Shown in pieces: positions 24,348-33,165 of a DNA stretch of 37,887 nt; positions within the stretch are counted from its first letter, which is position 1; the number at the start of each line of letters is the position of its first letter. The notes beneath the pieces are model-generated. The model made no database searches. It saw nothing but the letters and a program-made list of their open reading frames with translations, and was not told the DNA's origin. This stretch comes from Gemmatimonadota bacterium (lineage in GTDB: Bacteria; Gemmatimonadota; Gemmatimonadetes; Palauibacterales; KS3-K002), in the NCBI GenBank assembly GCA_039588155.1, contig JBDHAI010000001.1, forward strand, positions 1-37,887, read 5' to 3'. Position numbers and translations under genes: made by a program.

Positions 24348-27134
24348 TTACACGGCCTTCGTCTCGTACCAATTGCGGCCGACACCCATATCGACGGCAA
24401 TCGGCACATCGAGATCCAGCGCTCCCTCCATCTCACGCTTCACGAGAGCCGTGACCCTCTCGGTGTCATCCGGATGGACTTCGAAGAGTAGCTCGTCGTG
24501 CACCTGAAGGATCATCCGGCTGCGGTCGCCGTGCTGGCCCAATTTCCGATGAATGTTGATCATCGCCAACTTGATGAGATCCGCGGCGGTGCCTTGGATC
24601 GGTGAGTTCGTGGCGACGCGCTCGCCGAAGCCGCGAATATTGGGGTTCTTCGAGTTCAATTCTGGGATATAGCGGCGTCTTCCGAACAGGGTCTCCACAT
24701 AGCCCTCATCGCGGGCAAGCTCGACCTGACGGTCGAGGTACTCTCGAATGGCGGGGAAGCGCGTGAAATAATTGTCGATGAACGCGCGCGCTTGTGTGAC
24801 GCTGATGCCTAATTGACGTGCCAACGCCATCGGGCCCTGCCCGTATATCGTCGCAAAGTTCACTGTCTTTGCCTGCCCGCGCATCGCTGGCGTCACAGCC
24901 TCCGGCTTGGCATTGAAGATCAGCGCAGCTGTTTCCCTGTGAACGTCACGGCCCGCGTTGAAAGCTTCGACGAACGCCGGATCGCCGGACAGATGGGCCA
25001 AGATGCGCAACTCGATCTGCGAGTAATCGGCGCCCAAGAATCTCAGTCCGGGCCCGGGCACGAACCCTTTCCTTATTTCGGCGCCGAGCGTTGTGCGTAT
25101 CGGGATGTTCTGGAGGTTGGGGTCAGAGCTGGAGAGACGTCCCGTCGAGGCCACCGTCTGATTGAACGACGTGTGGATGCGGTCGTTCTCATCGGCCAAG
25201 GCCGGGAGCGCGTCCACGTACGTCGATTTCAGCTTCGCCAGCTCCCGGAACTCGATGATCAAGCGGGGCAACTGATGCCCCTCGGCCGCGAGCTCCTCCA
25301 GAACTTCGGCGTCAGTAGAGGGGCCCGTCTTCGTCCGCTTCTTCACCGGTAGGCCCATCCGGTCGAAGAGCACCTCGCGAAGCTGGATCGGCGAATTGAT
25401 GTTGAGCTCGCGACCCGACAGCTTGTAGATCTCCTCCTCGACCAGCTCAAGTTCGCTCTGCAGGCGCTCACCCATTGCGGCAAAGAACTCGCGATCGATA
25501 GCGACGCCGGCCTCCTCCATATCAGCCAGCACCGGCATCAACGGCATCTCGACTTCGTCGAACAGTTGCCTCAGTCCGTAGTCGTCCAGCTGTCGTGTGA
25601 GCCGCTCATCCACGCGAAGCGCGAAATCCGCGCGTTCGGCCGAGAAGCGCGCAGCCGCCGCGACCTCGACGTGCGAGAAAGGGATTGCTGATTTGCCTTT
25701 GCCGCAAACCTCCTCGTACGCGGTCAGCTTCTGCCCGAACTCCTCCAGCACGAGCGTCTCTAGGTCGTGCTGACGCCGGCCGGGGTCGAGGCAGTAGGAC
25801 TCGATCATCACGTCTCTAATGGCTCCAGCCAACTCTAGGCCAGCGGATCGCAGCACCGGTAGGCAGCTCTTGAGATCGTGGCCGATCACCTCGACGCGAT
25901 CGTCGCGGAGCAACGACGCCAGAAGTTTTAGCGCGGCCGATCCGATCGCGGACAGATTGTCTGCGGCCTCGTCGCTCGAGTCGCCGAGGGCTAGCTCTCC
26001 CGGCGGAGTCGCCAGATGGTTGAGTGGCAGGTAGACCGCGCGGCCGGGCTGAGCTGCGAGACTCAGGCCCACAAGATCGGCTCGGCCTGTGGTCGTTTTA
26101 GCCGTGCGCACGTCGACGGCAAACCGACCGCGCTTCTGCGCGTCCTGGACCAACCGTTGTAAGCGGCTAACGTCGTTGACGGTTTCGTAACCGGGCTCTG
26201 GCACCTCTTTGTGAGGCTTGGCCGGCCCTTCCGGAGCGTACTCGCGTACGAGCGAGTGGAACTCGAGCTCTAGGAACAGGTCACGCAGCGCCTCGCGATT
26301 CGGCTCGCCGACCGTGAGGTCATCGAGGTTGAGCTCGATGGGGAGATCGGTGCGAATGGTGACGAGATCCTTGGATAAGCGCGCTTCAGCGGCGTGCTGC
26401 TTCAAGGCCTCCCGCGGGCGTTTCTGGGAAAGGCCGTCCGCGTGGTCGAGGATGTCCTCGAGTGAGCCGTACTGCCCGATCAGTTGCACAGCAGTCTTGG
26501 GGCCGATACCACGAACGCCCGGGATGTTGTCGGAGGAATCGCCGACCAGGGCCAGGTAGTCGGTGACATGCTGGGGTGGCACTCCAAGCCGCGCGGCGGC
26601 GTTCGTGGGATCCACCAACTCGGCTTCAACGGCTGCTGGGCCGCCGCGGCCCGGATTCAACAGAGCGACCCCTTCGTCGATGAGCTGGTAGAAATCCTTG
26701 TCCCCGGAGACGATGATCGCTTGCAGGCCCGAGTCGTTGACCTGTCGTGCGAGTGTGCCGATGACGTCATCGGCCTCGTAGCCTTCCAACTCGATCACGG
26801 GGATGTTGAACGCGGCGAGAATCTGACGAATCCGGCGCATAGCGGTGTCGAAATCTTCTTGAAGTGTTTCGTCGAGCTTCTCTCGAGTCGCCTTGTAGTC
26901 TTCGTAGATCTCGTGCCGGAACGTATCCGTGCCACCCGCGTCGAAGATGAAGCCGAGGAAGTCAGGTCGCTGCTCGGCCAGGGTTTTCTTTATGAACTGC
27001 GCGACGCCCCAGGGCGCGGACGTATTCTCGCCGTGCGAAGTGCGGAGAGGTCGGCTGATCATCGCGTAGAACGCCCGGTAGACCAGGGCGTGGCCGTCCA
27101 CCAGAAAGACTTTCGGGGTCTCTGCTCTTGCCAT
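24348..27134 (-). CDS. polA: DNA polymerase I
   Basis: 5'-nuclease N-terminus KVFLVDGHALVYRAFYA. Polymerase motif A is DYSQIELRILAH, motif B is RGQAKTVNFATIYG and motif C is LQVHDELLFE. I moved the start to Met20 of the track ORF (ATG 27134, MARAETPK...). Confidence 0.95.
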   Translation of the reverse strand: MARAETPKVFLVDGHALVYRAFYAMISRPLRTSHGENTSAPWGVAQFIKKTLAEQRPDFLGFIFDAGGTDTFRHEIYEDYKATREKLDETLQEDFDTAMRRIRQILAAFNIPVIELEGYEADDVIGTLARQVNDSGLQAIIVSGDKDFYQLIDEGVALLNPGRGGPAAVEAELVDPTNAAARLGVPPQHVTDYLALVGDSSDNIPGVRGIGPKTAVQLIGQYGSLEDILDHADGLSQKRPREALKQHAAEARLSKDLVTIRTDLPIELNLDDLTVGEPNREALRDLFLELEFHSLVREYAPEGPAKPHKEVPEPGYETVNDVSRLQRLVQDAQKRGRFAVDVRTAKTTTGRADLVGLSLAAQPGRAVYLPLNHLATPPGELALGDSSDEAADNLSAIGSAALKLLASLLRDDRVEVIGHDLKSCLPVLRSAGLELAGAIRDVMIESYCLDPGRRQHDLETLVLEEFGQKLTAYEEVCGKGKSAIPFSHVEVAAAARFSAERADFALRVDERLTRQLDDYGLRQLFDEVEMPLMPVLADMEEAGVAIDREFFAAMGERLQSELELVEEEIYKLSGRELNINSPIQLREVLFDRMGLPVKKRTKTGPSTDAEVLEELAAEGHQLPRLIIEFRELAKLKSTYVDALPALADENDRIHTSFNQTVASTGRLSSSDPNLQNIPIRTTLGAEIRKGFVPGPGLRFLGADYSQIELRILAHLSGDPAFVEAFNAGRDVHRETAALIFNAKPEAVTPAMRGQAKTVNFATIYGQGPMALARQLGISVTQARAFIDNYFTRFPAIREYLDRQVELARDEGYVETLFGRRRYIPELNSKNPNIRGFGERVATNSPIQGTAADLIKLAMINIHRKLGQHGDRSRMILQVHDELLFEVHPDDTERVTALVKREMEGALDLDVPIAVDMGVGRNWYETKAV

Positions 27135-27198
27135 GTGTTGGGAATATGCCGGTTCGCGAGGACGGCGCCTAGTGGCGGCCTCGAGTGCCACGGGCCAT

Positions 27199-27233
27199 AC
27201 GAAAACTCGCCCGGACTTTAGGTCCGGGCGAGT
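27199..27233 (-). terminator. Rho-independent terminator of the cold-shock gene
   Basis: Perfect 12-bp stem 27205..27216 / 27222..27233 (actcgcccggac / gtccgggcgagt) with a 5-nt loop. On the reverse strand it is followed by TTTTCGTAT. Confidence 0.8.
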
Positions 27234-27266
27234 GTCGGAACTGCCGCTGCATTTAGTAGTCGAGGG

Positions 27267-27470
27267 CTATACGCGCTGGACGTTGGCAGCCTGTAGCCCT
27301 TTGTCTGTCTGTCGGAGCTCGAACTCGACCTCCTGGCCTTCGGCGAGTGTCTTGAATCCCTCCATGTTGATCGACGAAAAGTGTACGAAGATGTCCTCTG
27401 CTCCCTCGGGTTGCTCAATGAAACCGTAGCCCTTGGCATCATTGAACCACTTGATCCGCCCTTTGGCCAT
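27267..27470 (-). CDS. Cold-shock protein, CspA family
   Basis: 67 aa with [34 protein letters not shown] (RNP1 KGYGFI, RNP2 VFVHF-like). GGAGG lies 9 nt upstream. Confidence 0.95.
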   Translation of the reverse strand: MAKGRIKWFNDAKGYGFIEQPEGAEDIFVHFSSINMEGFKTLAEGQEVEFELRQTDKGLQAANVQRV

Positions 27471-27519
27471 ACGACTACTACCTCCTGCAGTGGGTGAATA
27501 CTATTGGCGAGACGCGCCC

Positions 27520-27548
27520 ATACTACGAGGAGGTTTGGGAACTGTCAA
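27520..27548 (-). promoter_or_regulatory. Sigma-70-type promoter of the cold-shock gene
   Basis: The reverse strand has TTGACA (27548..27543), a 17-nt spacer and TAGTAT (27525..27520). This predicts a roughly 40-45 nt leader. Confidence 0.55.
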
Positions 27549-27576
27549 CCGAAGAGATGCAGTGGGACTCCGACCG

Positions 27577-29910
27577 TTACTCGGCCTCGGCTGCGGGCTC
27601 GAACGCGCCGTAAAGCTGGCGATAAATCCAGTAGTGGGTCTGCACGTTGCGCACGTAGCTTCGGGTCTCCGACAGCGGAATGCGTTCCGCGAAAAGCTCG
27701 GCATCGGCCTGGTACTCGGGTCTCTGGCGCCAGCGGCGCGCGCGGGTCGGGCCGGCGTTGTAGGCGATGAGCGCGATCTGCAATTCGCCGTAGCGGCGTT
27801 GCAAGTCGGCGAAGTAGGCGGTGCCGAGATGAACGTTTGTTTCCGGATGGAAAAGCAGCTCGTCCCTGTAGTCGCCGATGCCCATCCTACCCGCCCACCA
27901 ACGACCGGTCGCCGGCATCAGTTGCAGCAGGCCGCGTGCTCCGGCACGCGAGACGACCTCTGGCTCGAATGCCGATTCTTGCCGGGCGATCGCGGCGACG
28001 AGGTAGGGATCGAGCCGCTGAGCGCGTGACTCGGCGGCGATGATATCCCTGAAGGCGAGGGGGTAAACAGCCTGGAGAACGCTGGCACTCCAGACTCCGC
28101 GCAGTCGGGCGTGGGCGCGCCAGCCGAGCTTGACTGCGTCCTGGCCGAATCCGCGCGCGGCGAGTTCCTGCGCGAGCCCGAGCATCTCAGCCGGTTTGTC
28201 TGGAATGGGGTTGATAATCGTCTCGAGAACCGACTGCGCCTCTTCGGCCAGCCCGGCACTCCGCAGCAATCGGACGATATCGAACTGCTGGCGGGTCTCG
28301 GCGTCGACCGGAACGGGCTCGGGTCCGGGTCGAAGCTGTTCCCAGGGATCGATTCCCGCCCGCTGGGCGGAGAGGAAGCCGTAATACCCGAAGGGATCGC
28401 GGGAGTGCACGACTTGGAAGAGGCGCTCGGCCTCAGCGATTCGATCGGCCCCGCCTTCCGCCAGCCGTGCCCTTGCGGCCCAGTACGTTGTACTGATCTT
28501 CAGATCGCTCCAGCGACTCGCTCGGCGAAGTCGATCGAAGCTCTTGCGCGCACCGGCGTAGTCGCCGTCGAGAAAGTCGAGGATTCCGAGCCGGTATCTG
28601 GCGAGGGATGCCGTTTTCGATCCGTTGTAGCGCTGGGCGACCTCCTCGTATATCGCGCGGGCACGCTCGGTGTCCCCAGCGCTCTCGTAGAGATCACCCA
28701 GCAGCGAGAGTGAGCGGAGCGCCGCCCCGGTGCCCGGGTAGGCATCGGCGACGTCTTGCATGCGAGCCCGCCCCTCCCTTCGCCATCCACGCCGATAAGT
28801 GGCGCGCGCTGCGATGTACTCGGCCTGGGCCTTCCGCGAGCGATCTGTGTCTGAAGCAATCAGTTGCTCCAGTTGATCGACGGCGGCGAAGTGAGAGCCG
28901 CCACGATACAAGAGCTCACCGATCTTGAGTTGAAGCTTCTGCCGTTCACCACTGGATACATCGCTCAGCTCGAGGTAGAGCGCGTAGTGTTGGGCGGCCT
29001 CGAGCGGCGCACCAGATCTCTCGAAGGCGAGTCCGAGTTGCTGATGGTCCTCAGCCCGGAGGTCAGGGAGCTCCGAAAGTAGCTCGGCAGCCTCACGGGC
29101 GCGGCGTGTGTCGAGGCGAATCGCCGTTCTGAGCGTGCCGCTGGCCGCTGCGGTGTCGCCTTGCTCCAGATGGATCGTCGCTACACGGGCACGTAGCTCC
29201 GCCGAACGATATCGTGCATCTGGGGCGTCCGCCGCCTCCAGCAGCCTCCTCAACGCCTGTTCTCTGTCTCCCGCCTGTTCGTAGGCTGTAACCATGGCCA
29301 GGTTGCGCCGATAGGACGGTGCGGCGATCGCCTCGTCCAGTAGCTGGCGCACGGCTGCCGTGTCTCCCAATGGCGCGAGGCCTTCTGCGGCACGCATGGC
29401 GGCATAAGGCCTAATCTCGGGAACGAGATCCGCGGCTCTGACGTAAGCTGCCGCCGCTTCCCGGCCGTCGCCCAAGTTGTTCAGGGCTCGGGCCAGGCCG
29501 ATCTCAGCGAGCACCCGGGGTAACCGCTCGACGGAGTATTCGAGGAAGATTCGGTAGTTCTCAATGGCCGGCTGGTTCTGGCCCGTTTCCAGTTGGGCCC
29601 GGGCCAGCAGCGCTCGCCCTTCGCCCAACCGTGTGAGATCGAGCCACTCTGCCAACTCCAAGCGGCGAACGACGGCCGCCCAGGCTCCACGGCCCCCGTC
29701 GGCCCGGGCCGCCAGCAGCGATGCGGCCGGACTCCCGCGTTCACTGCGATCGAGGTTGCGCAGGAGTCGCGAGGCATACCAATGCCGCCCCTGGTCCAGG
29801 GCCAGGGCCACGGCCTCGAGGGGATCGTCGCGTGGCGGCTCCTCCGCCCAGGCGGGCAGCGGGGCGGCGACGATCAGGCAGCAGGCGATATGTAGTCCGT
29901 AACGGCGCAT
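27577..29910 (-). CDS. Soluble lytic murein transglycosylase (Slt70-like: superhelical/TPR-like N-domain + GH23 SLT domain)
   Basis: Signal MRRYGLHIACCLIVAAPLPAWA, followed by a long alpha-helical repeat region. The C-terminal catalytic motifs are AIARQESAFEPEVVSRAGARGLLQLMPATG and ALIAYNAGP. Confidence 0.9.
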   Translation of the reverse strand: MRRYGLHIACCLIVAAPLPAWAEEPPRDDPLEAVALALDQGRHWYASRLLRNLDRSERGSPAASLLAARADGGRGAWAAVVRRLELAEWLDLTRLGEGRALLARAQLETGQNQPAIENYRIFLEYSVERLPRVLAEIGLARALNNLGDGREAAAAYVRAADLVPEIRPYAAMRAAEGLAPLGDTAAVRQLLDEAIAAPSYRRNLAMVTAYEQAGDREQALRRLLEAADAPDARYRSAELRARVATIHLEQGDTAAASGTLRTAIRLDTRRAREAAELLSELPDLRAEDHQQLGLAFERSGAPLEAAQHYALYLELSDVSSGERQKLQLKIGELLYRGGSHFAAVDQLEQLIASDTDRSRKAQAEYIAARATYRRGWRREGRARMQDVADAYPGTGAALRSLSLLGDLYESAGDTERARAIYEEVAQRYNGSKTASLARYRLGILDFLDGDYAGARKSFDRLRRASRWSDLKISTTYWAARARLAEGGADRIAEAERLFQVVHSRDPFGYYGFLSAQRAGIDPWEQLRPGPEPVPVDAETRQQFDIVRLLRSAGLAEEAQSVLETIINPIPDKPAEMLGLAQELAARGFGQDAVKLGWRAHARLRGVWSASVLQAVYPLAFRDIIAAESRAQRLDPYLVAAIARQESAFEPEVVSRAGARGLLQLMPATGRWWAGRMGIGDYRDELLFHPETNVHLGTAYFADLQRRYGELQIALIAYNAGPTRARRWRQRPEYQADAELFAERIPLSETRSYVRNVQTHYWIYRQLYGAFEPAAEAE

Positions 29911-29963
29911 AATTGTCCGCTTTATTACATGGCGGGCTGTACCACTGTCAATGGGCGAGCGAC

Positions 29964-31364
29964 TTAGGAGTAGAGAGCCTGGACCGCTTCGCGGAACGCC
30001 CGGCGCGATTCGACGGTCAGCCGGAAAGCCCCGGTGGCGGTCGAGTCGGTGAAGACGAGACGCAACTCGAAATCCAGTGACTTGTCATACACCCAGACCT
30101 GACTCTGCTCCTGCACCTGCCCGGAGTCGAGGTGGCGCATCACCTCGTCAGGGGGGCCAAAGGTGATATACACCGCACCGCGATCTGTGAGCCACCCCGC
30201 AGTTCCTGCCTCGCCGAAGCGGTCATTCGCCTCGGCAATCCTGCGAAAGTACAGCTCGAAGAACTCGTTCTCGTCCGTCTCCGGAACGGGGTCCTTCTGT
30301 TTCCAAAACGCCTGCAACTGGTGTGCCCGTTCCCCGGGAGGGGTGCTGAGCAGGCTGTCGAGGGCGGCGGGTGTCGCGGCATATCGCAAGAAGCTCATGG
30401 CTTGCTGATAGTCGGTGACCACCCAAGTCGGAGTGAGTGCAACGATTAGGGCCGTCGGGTCGGAGGTCGTCGACGCGCCGAGCTGGGAACGGAGCGAGAG
30501 TGTGCCGGGCGGTAGCCTGTCGGGCTTTAGGGAAACCGTCGCCGAGCGAAGTTGGCCCGGGTCCGGTCGAAAGTTCACAGTGTCGGTCGTGATGACCTGT
30601 CCTTCCAAGCGGGTCTCGAGGACCAGGAGATCGGCGTCCGCGGCGGCGCCCTCGGTGTAGATCAGCAGTTCGGAGTGTCCGAAGGCAACGGTGGCTCTGG
30701 GGTTGATGATGAGCGAGGGTAGCGAGTCTCGGACTTCGCGTGGAGTGGCGCGGTGGACGATGAGGGGCGCGGTGACGAATGGCGGCTGAAAACGGGGTAC
30801 GTGCAGTTCGGTATGGGCGGTCATGCCTTCGGCAGAGGCAAGGTCGCGGACGGCGATTCGAGCCGGGTAGTCCCCGGGTTCGAGTGCGAGGAACGCTTGG
30901 AAAACCACGCTTTCATCCCGACGGGACGTCTCGCGGAAGCTGCGAACGCGGACTTCCTGGGTTTCGTCGAGTTGAGCGGCGGGGGCCGCGCTGTCGCCCA
31001 CGACGATCTCGACGCCATAGCGGGCCACAAAGAGTTGTTGGTCGCGGCGAAACTTGAGTGCTGCGTTCGGCAGGCTGAGAGCGAAGACGCCGTAAGTGCT
31101 GTCGGCGGGACCGGGCAGGTAGGCGACGTTGCCGACGGCTGGAAAGCGGGGCTCACCGACGAGGAATCCGAGTCCTCTGTACACGCCGAGGGGATTAGGT
31201 ACCGGTTCCGTCTCGGTGACGATTTCGCTGGGCGAAGGCTGGCCCGTAGTACCCGCTGGCCCGCAGGCGGCAGCCAGCCGGGCCAAGGCGACGAGCGCCA
31301 GCAAAAAAGGGCCACCTCGGCGGTGGCCCTTCTTGCGCAATTTTGGCTCAGGTCCAGGACTCAC
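29964..31364 (-). CDS. GWxTD domain-containing lipoprotein
   Basis: The C-terminal domain reads FWKQKDPVPETDENEFFELYFRRIAEANDRFGEAGTAGWLTDRGAVYITFGPPDEV (GWLTD). The lipobox is LARLAAAC. The GTG start overlaps the stop of the upstream ExbB-like gene (GTGA). Confidence 0.85.
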   Translation of the reverse strand: MSPGPEPKLRKKGHRRGGPFLLALVALARLAAACGPAGTTGQPSPSEIVTETEPVPNPLGVYRGLGFLVGEPRFPAVGNVAYLPGPADSTYGVFALSLPNAALKFRRDQQLFVARYGVEIVVGDSAAPAAQLDETQEVRVRSFRETSRRDESVVFQAFLALEPGDYPARIAVRDLASAEGMTAHTELHVPRFQPPFVTAPLIVHRATPREVRDSLPSLIINPRATVAFGHSELLIYTEGAAADADLLVLETRLEGQVITTDTVNFRPDPGQLRSATVSLKPDRLPPGTLSLRSQLGASTTSDPTALIVALTPTWVVTDYQQAMSFLRYAATPAALDSLLSTPPGERAHQLQAFWKQKDPVPETDENEFFELYFRRIAEANDRFGEAGTAGWLTDRGAVYITFGPPDEVMRHLDSGQVQEQSQVWVYDKSLDFELRLVFTDSTATGAFRLTVESRRAFREAVQALYS

Positions 31365-32050
31365 ACGGTCCGTGTCTTCGCTTCGATTTCGTGGAGCGCG
31401 TCGATCATCTTCTGCGCGCTTTCCTCCATCTCGATCACCATGCGGTCGATCTGAGTGACGAAGTAATTGTGCGCGATGTTAATCGGGATCGCGATGGTGA
31501 GTCCGCTGGCTGTGGTGATCAGAGCGACCTTAATACCGCCGGCCACGGTGGTCGCCTCGACTTCGCCGGCCAACTCGATGGCTTGGAAGGCCTGGATCAT
31601 CCCGATCACCGTTCCCAGGAAGCCGGTGAGCGGCGCGACGTTCGCCAGCGTCGCGAGCCAGACCAGTCCGCGCTCCAAGCCGGCCAGCTCGATCAATCCG
31701 GCGTTCTCGATCGCCTTCATCACCCGCTCGGTTCCCTCTTCCTGGCGACGCAGGCCGGCAGCCAGAATGGCGGCGGCGGGCGCCTTCGACTCTTGGCAGA
31801 CCCGCATGCCCTCCTGAATTCGGTGCTCGGCGAGCAGCTGATCGGTTTCCGCCAGCAATTTCCGGTTCCGGCCGGCCTTGATCTGAAGGTCGATGAACTT
31901 CCAGACGATGATGACGGCGCCAGCTAGCGCGAAGAACGCCAGCGGGTACATCATGAAGCCGCCGTCCTTGAAGGTCTGGACCAAGTCCAGCTGTTGCCCT
32001 TGGCCGAGGGCCTGAACCGCCGCGATTGCGGACAGCAATGTACCGCTCAA
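31361..32050 (-). CDS. MotA/TolQ/ExbB-family proton channel protein
   Basis: 229 aa with three TM helices and the conserved C-terminal core LATLANVAPLTGFLGTVIGMIQAF...GGIKVALITTASGLTIAIP. TTG start with GGAGG 6 nt upstream. Confidence 0.9.
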   Translation of the reverse strand: MSGTLLSAIAAVQALGQGQQLDLVQTFKDGGFMMYPLAFFALAGAVIIVWKFIDLQIKAGRNRKLLAETDQLLAEHRIQEGMRVCQESKAPAAAILAAGLRRQEEGTERVMKAIENAGLIELAGLERGLVWLATLANVAPLTGFLGTVIGMIQAFQAIELAGEVEATTVAGGIKVALITTASGLTIAIPINIAHNYFVTQIDRMVIEMEESAQKMIDALHEIEAKTRTV

Positions 32051-32160
32051 CTTGAACCTCCTGAGCCTGACAGCGGCCTGCTCAACGCCACCGTGAGATT
32101 TGAGCCCTTATAGGTCGGGGAAATAGCGGTTGGTAACCTAGAGAACGGCCTGTAGACTTG

Positions 32161-33165
32161 TCAAGACTGCGAGCCACCCGCGCCTGCGGGGGCTCTAATC
32201 TTGTGACACGCCGCCAGCCCGCCCCCCATTTGCCGCTCCAAACGCGGGCTCTCCGACCGGCAAACATCATCGACGTCCGGGTGGGGGCAACGGGGGTGGA
32301 ATCGGCAGCCCGGCGGGGGGCTGGCGGAGCTCGCCACGTCACCCAACAAGGCGATCCGCCGGCCGGACCTGCCGCGTTTGGGATCCGGGACCGCCGAGAG
32401 CAGCGTCTGAGTGTACGGATGGGCGGCTCCTCGGAAGAGTTCGTCCGCGTCGTCGAGCTCCACGATCCGACCCAGGTACATGACGGCCACCCGGTTCGCC
32501 ACGTGCCGAACCACCGACAGGTCGTGGGTGATGAACAGGTAGGTCAACTCGAATCGCTGCTGCAGTTCCGCCAGCAGGTTGAGCACCTGGGCCTGGACCG
32601 AGACGTCCAGCGCCGAAACCGGCTCATCGGCGACGATGAACTCGGGCTCCACGGCCAGCGCTCGGGCGATGCCGATACGTTGGCGCTGACCGCCCGAAAA
32701 CTCATGCGGGTATTTCGCCTCGGCATCGGTGTGGAGGCCGACGGCGTCCAGTAGCTCGACGACGCGCCGATTCGCGTCGCTGCCCGTGGCGATCCCGTGC
32801 GCGCTCAGCACCTCCCGGATCATCCCGCCCACAGTCATCCGCGGATTGAGTGAGCCGAAGGGATCCTGAAAGACGAGCTGGGCTCGGCGCCGGAAACGGC
32901 GGAGTCCGGCATGGTTCAGTTGGGCGATGTCCTGGCCGTCGAAGGCCACCTGGCCGCCGCTGGGCTCGAGCAGTCGCAGGATCAGTCTTCCCGTCGTGGT
33001 CTTCCCGCAACCCGACTCGCCCACCAGAGCGAGGGTCTCACCGCGCCGGATCTCGAACGACACACCATCGACGGCGCGAACGTAGCCGGTCGTCTTACCG
33101 AAGACGCCGCGGCGAATCGGGAAGTGTTTCTCGAGCTCAGCGACGACGACCAGAGGTGAATTCAC
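32161..33165 (-). CDS. Peptide/nickel ABC transporter ATP-binding protein (OppF/DppF-type)
   Basis: Walker A GESGCGKTT, signature FSGGQRQRIGIARAL, Walker B FIVADEPVSALD and a C-terminal oligopeptide-transporter extension with 4 Cys. I moved the start to GTG 33165, which has GGAGG 7 nt upstream and a GTGA overlap with the OppD stop. Confidence 0.9.
   Translation of the reverse strand: MNSPLVVVAELEKHFPIRRGVFGKTTGYVRAVDGVSFEIRRGETLALVGESGCGKTTTGRLILRLLEPSGGQVAFDGQDIAQLNHAGLRRFRRRAQLVFQDPFGSLNPRMTVGGMIREVLSAHGIATGSDANRRVVELLDAVGLHTDAEAKYPHEFSGGQRQRIGIARALAVEPEFIVADEPVSALDVSVQAQVLNLLAELQQRFELTYLFITHDLSVVRHVANRVAVMYLGRIVELDDADELFRGAAHPYTQTLLSAVPDPKRGRSGRRIALLGDVASSASPPPGCRFHPRCPHPDVDDVCRSESPRLERQMGGGLAACHKIRAPAGAGGSQS

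Noticed and set aside
23644-24372. 242-aa minus-strand ORF whose translation repeats REPGDFTGIELAHLTIAAIVRCASSMPVKSPGSR
   Set aside because: The shared peptide is simply the consequence of the 41-bp inverted repeat being read on both strands. The rest of the ORF is antisense to the Omp85-like barrel.
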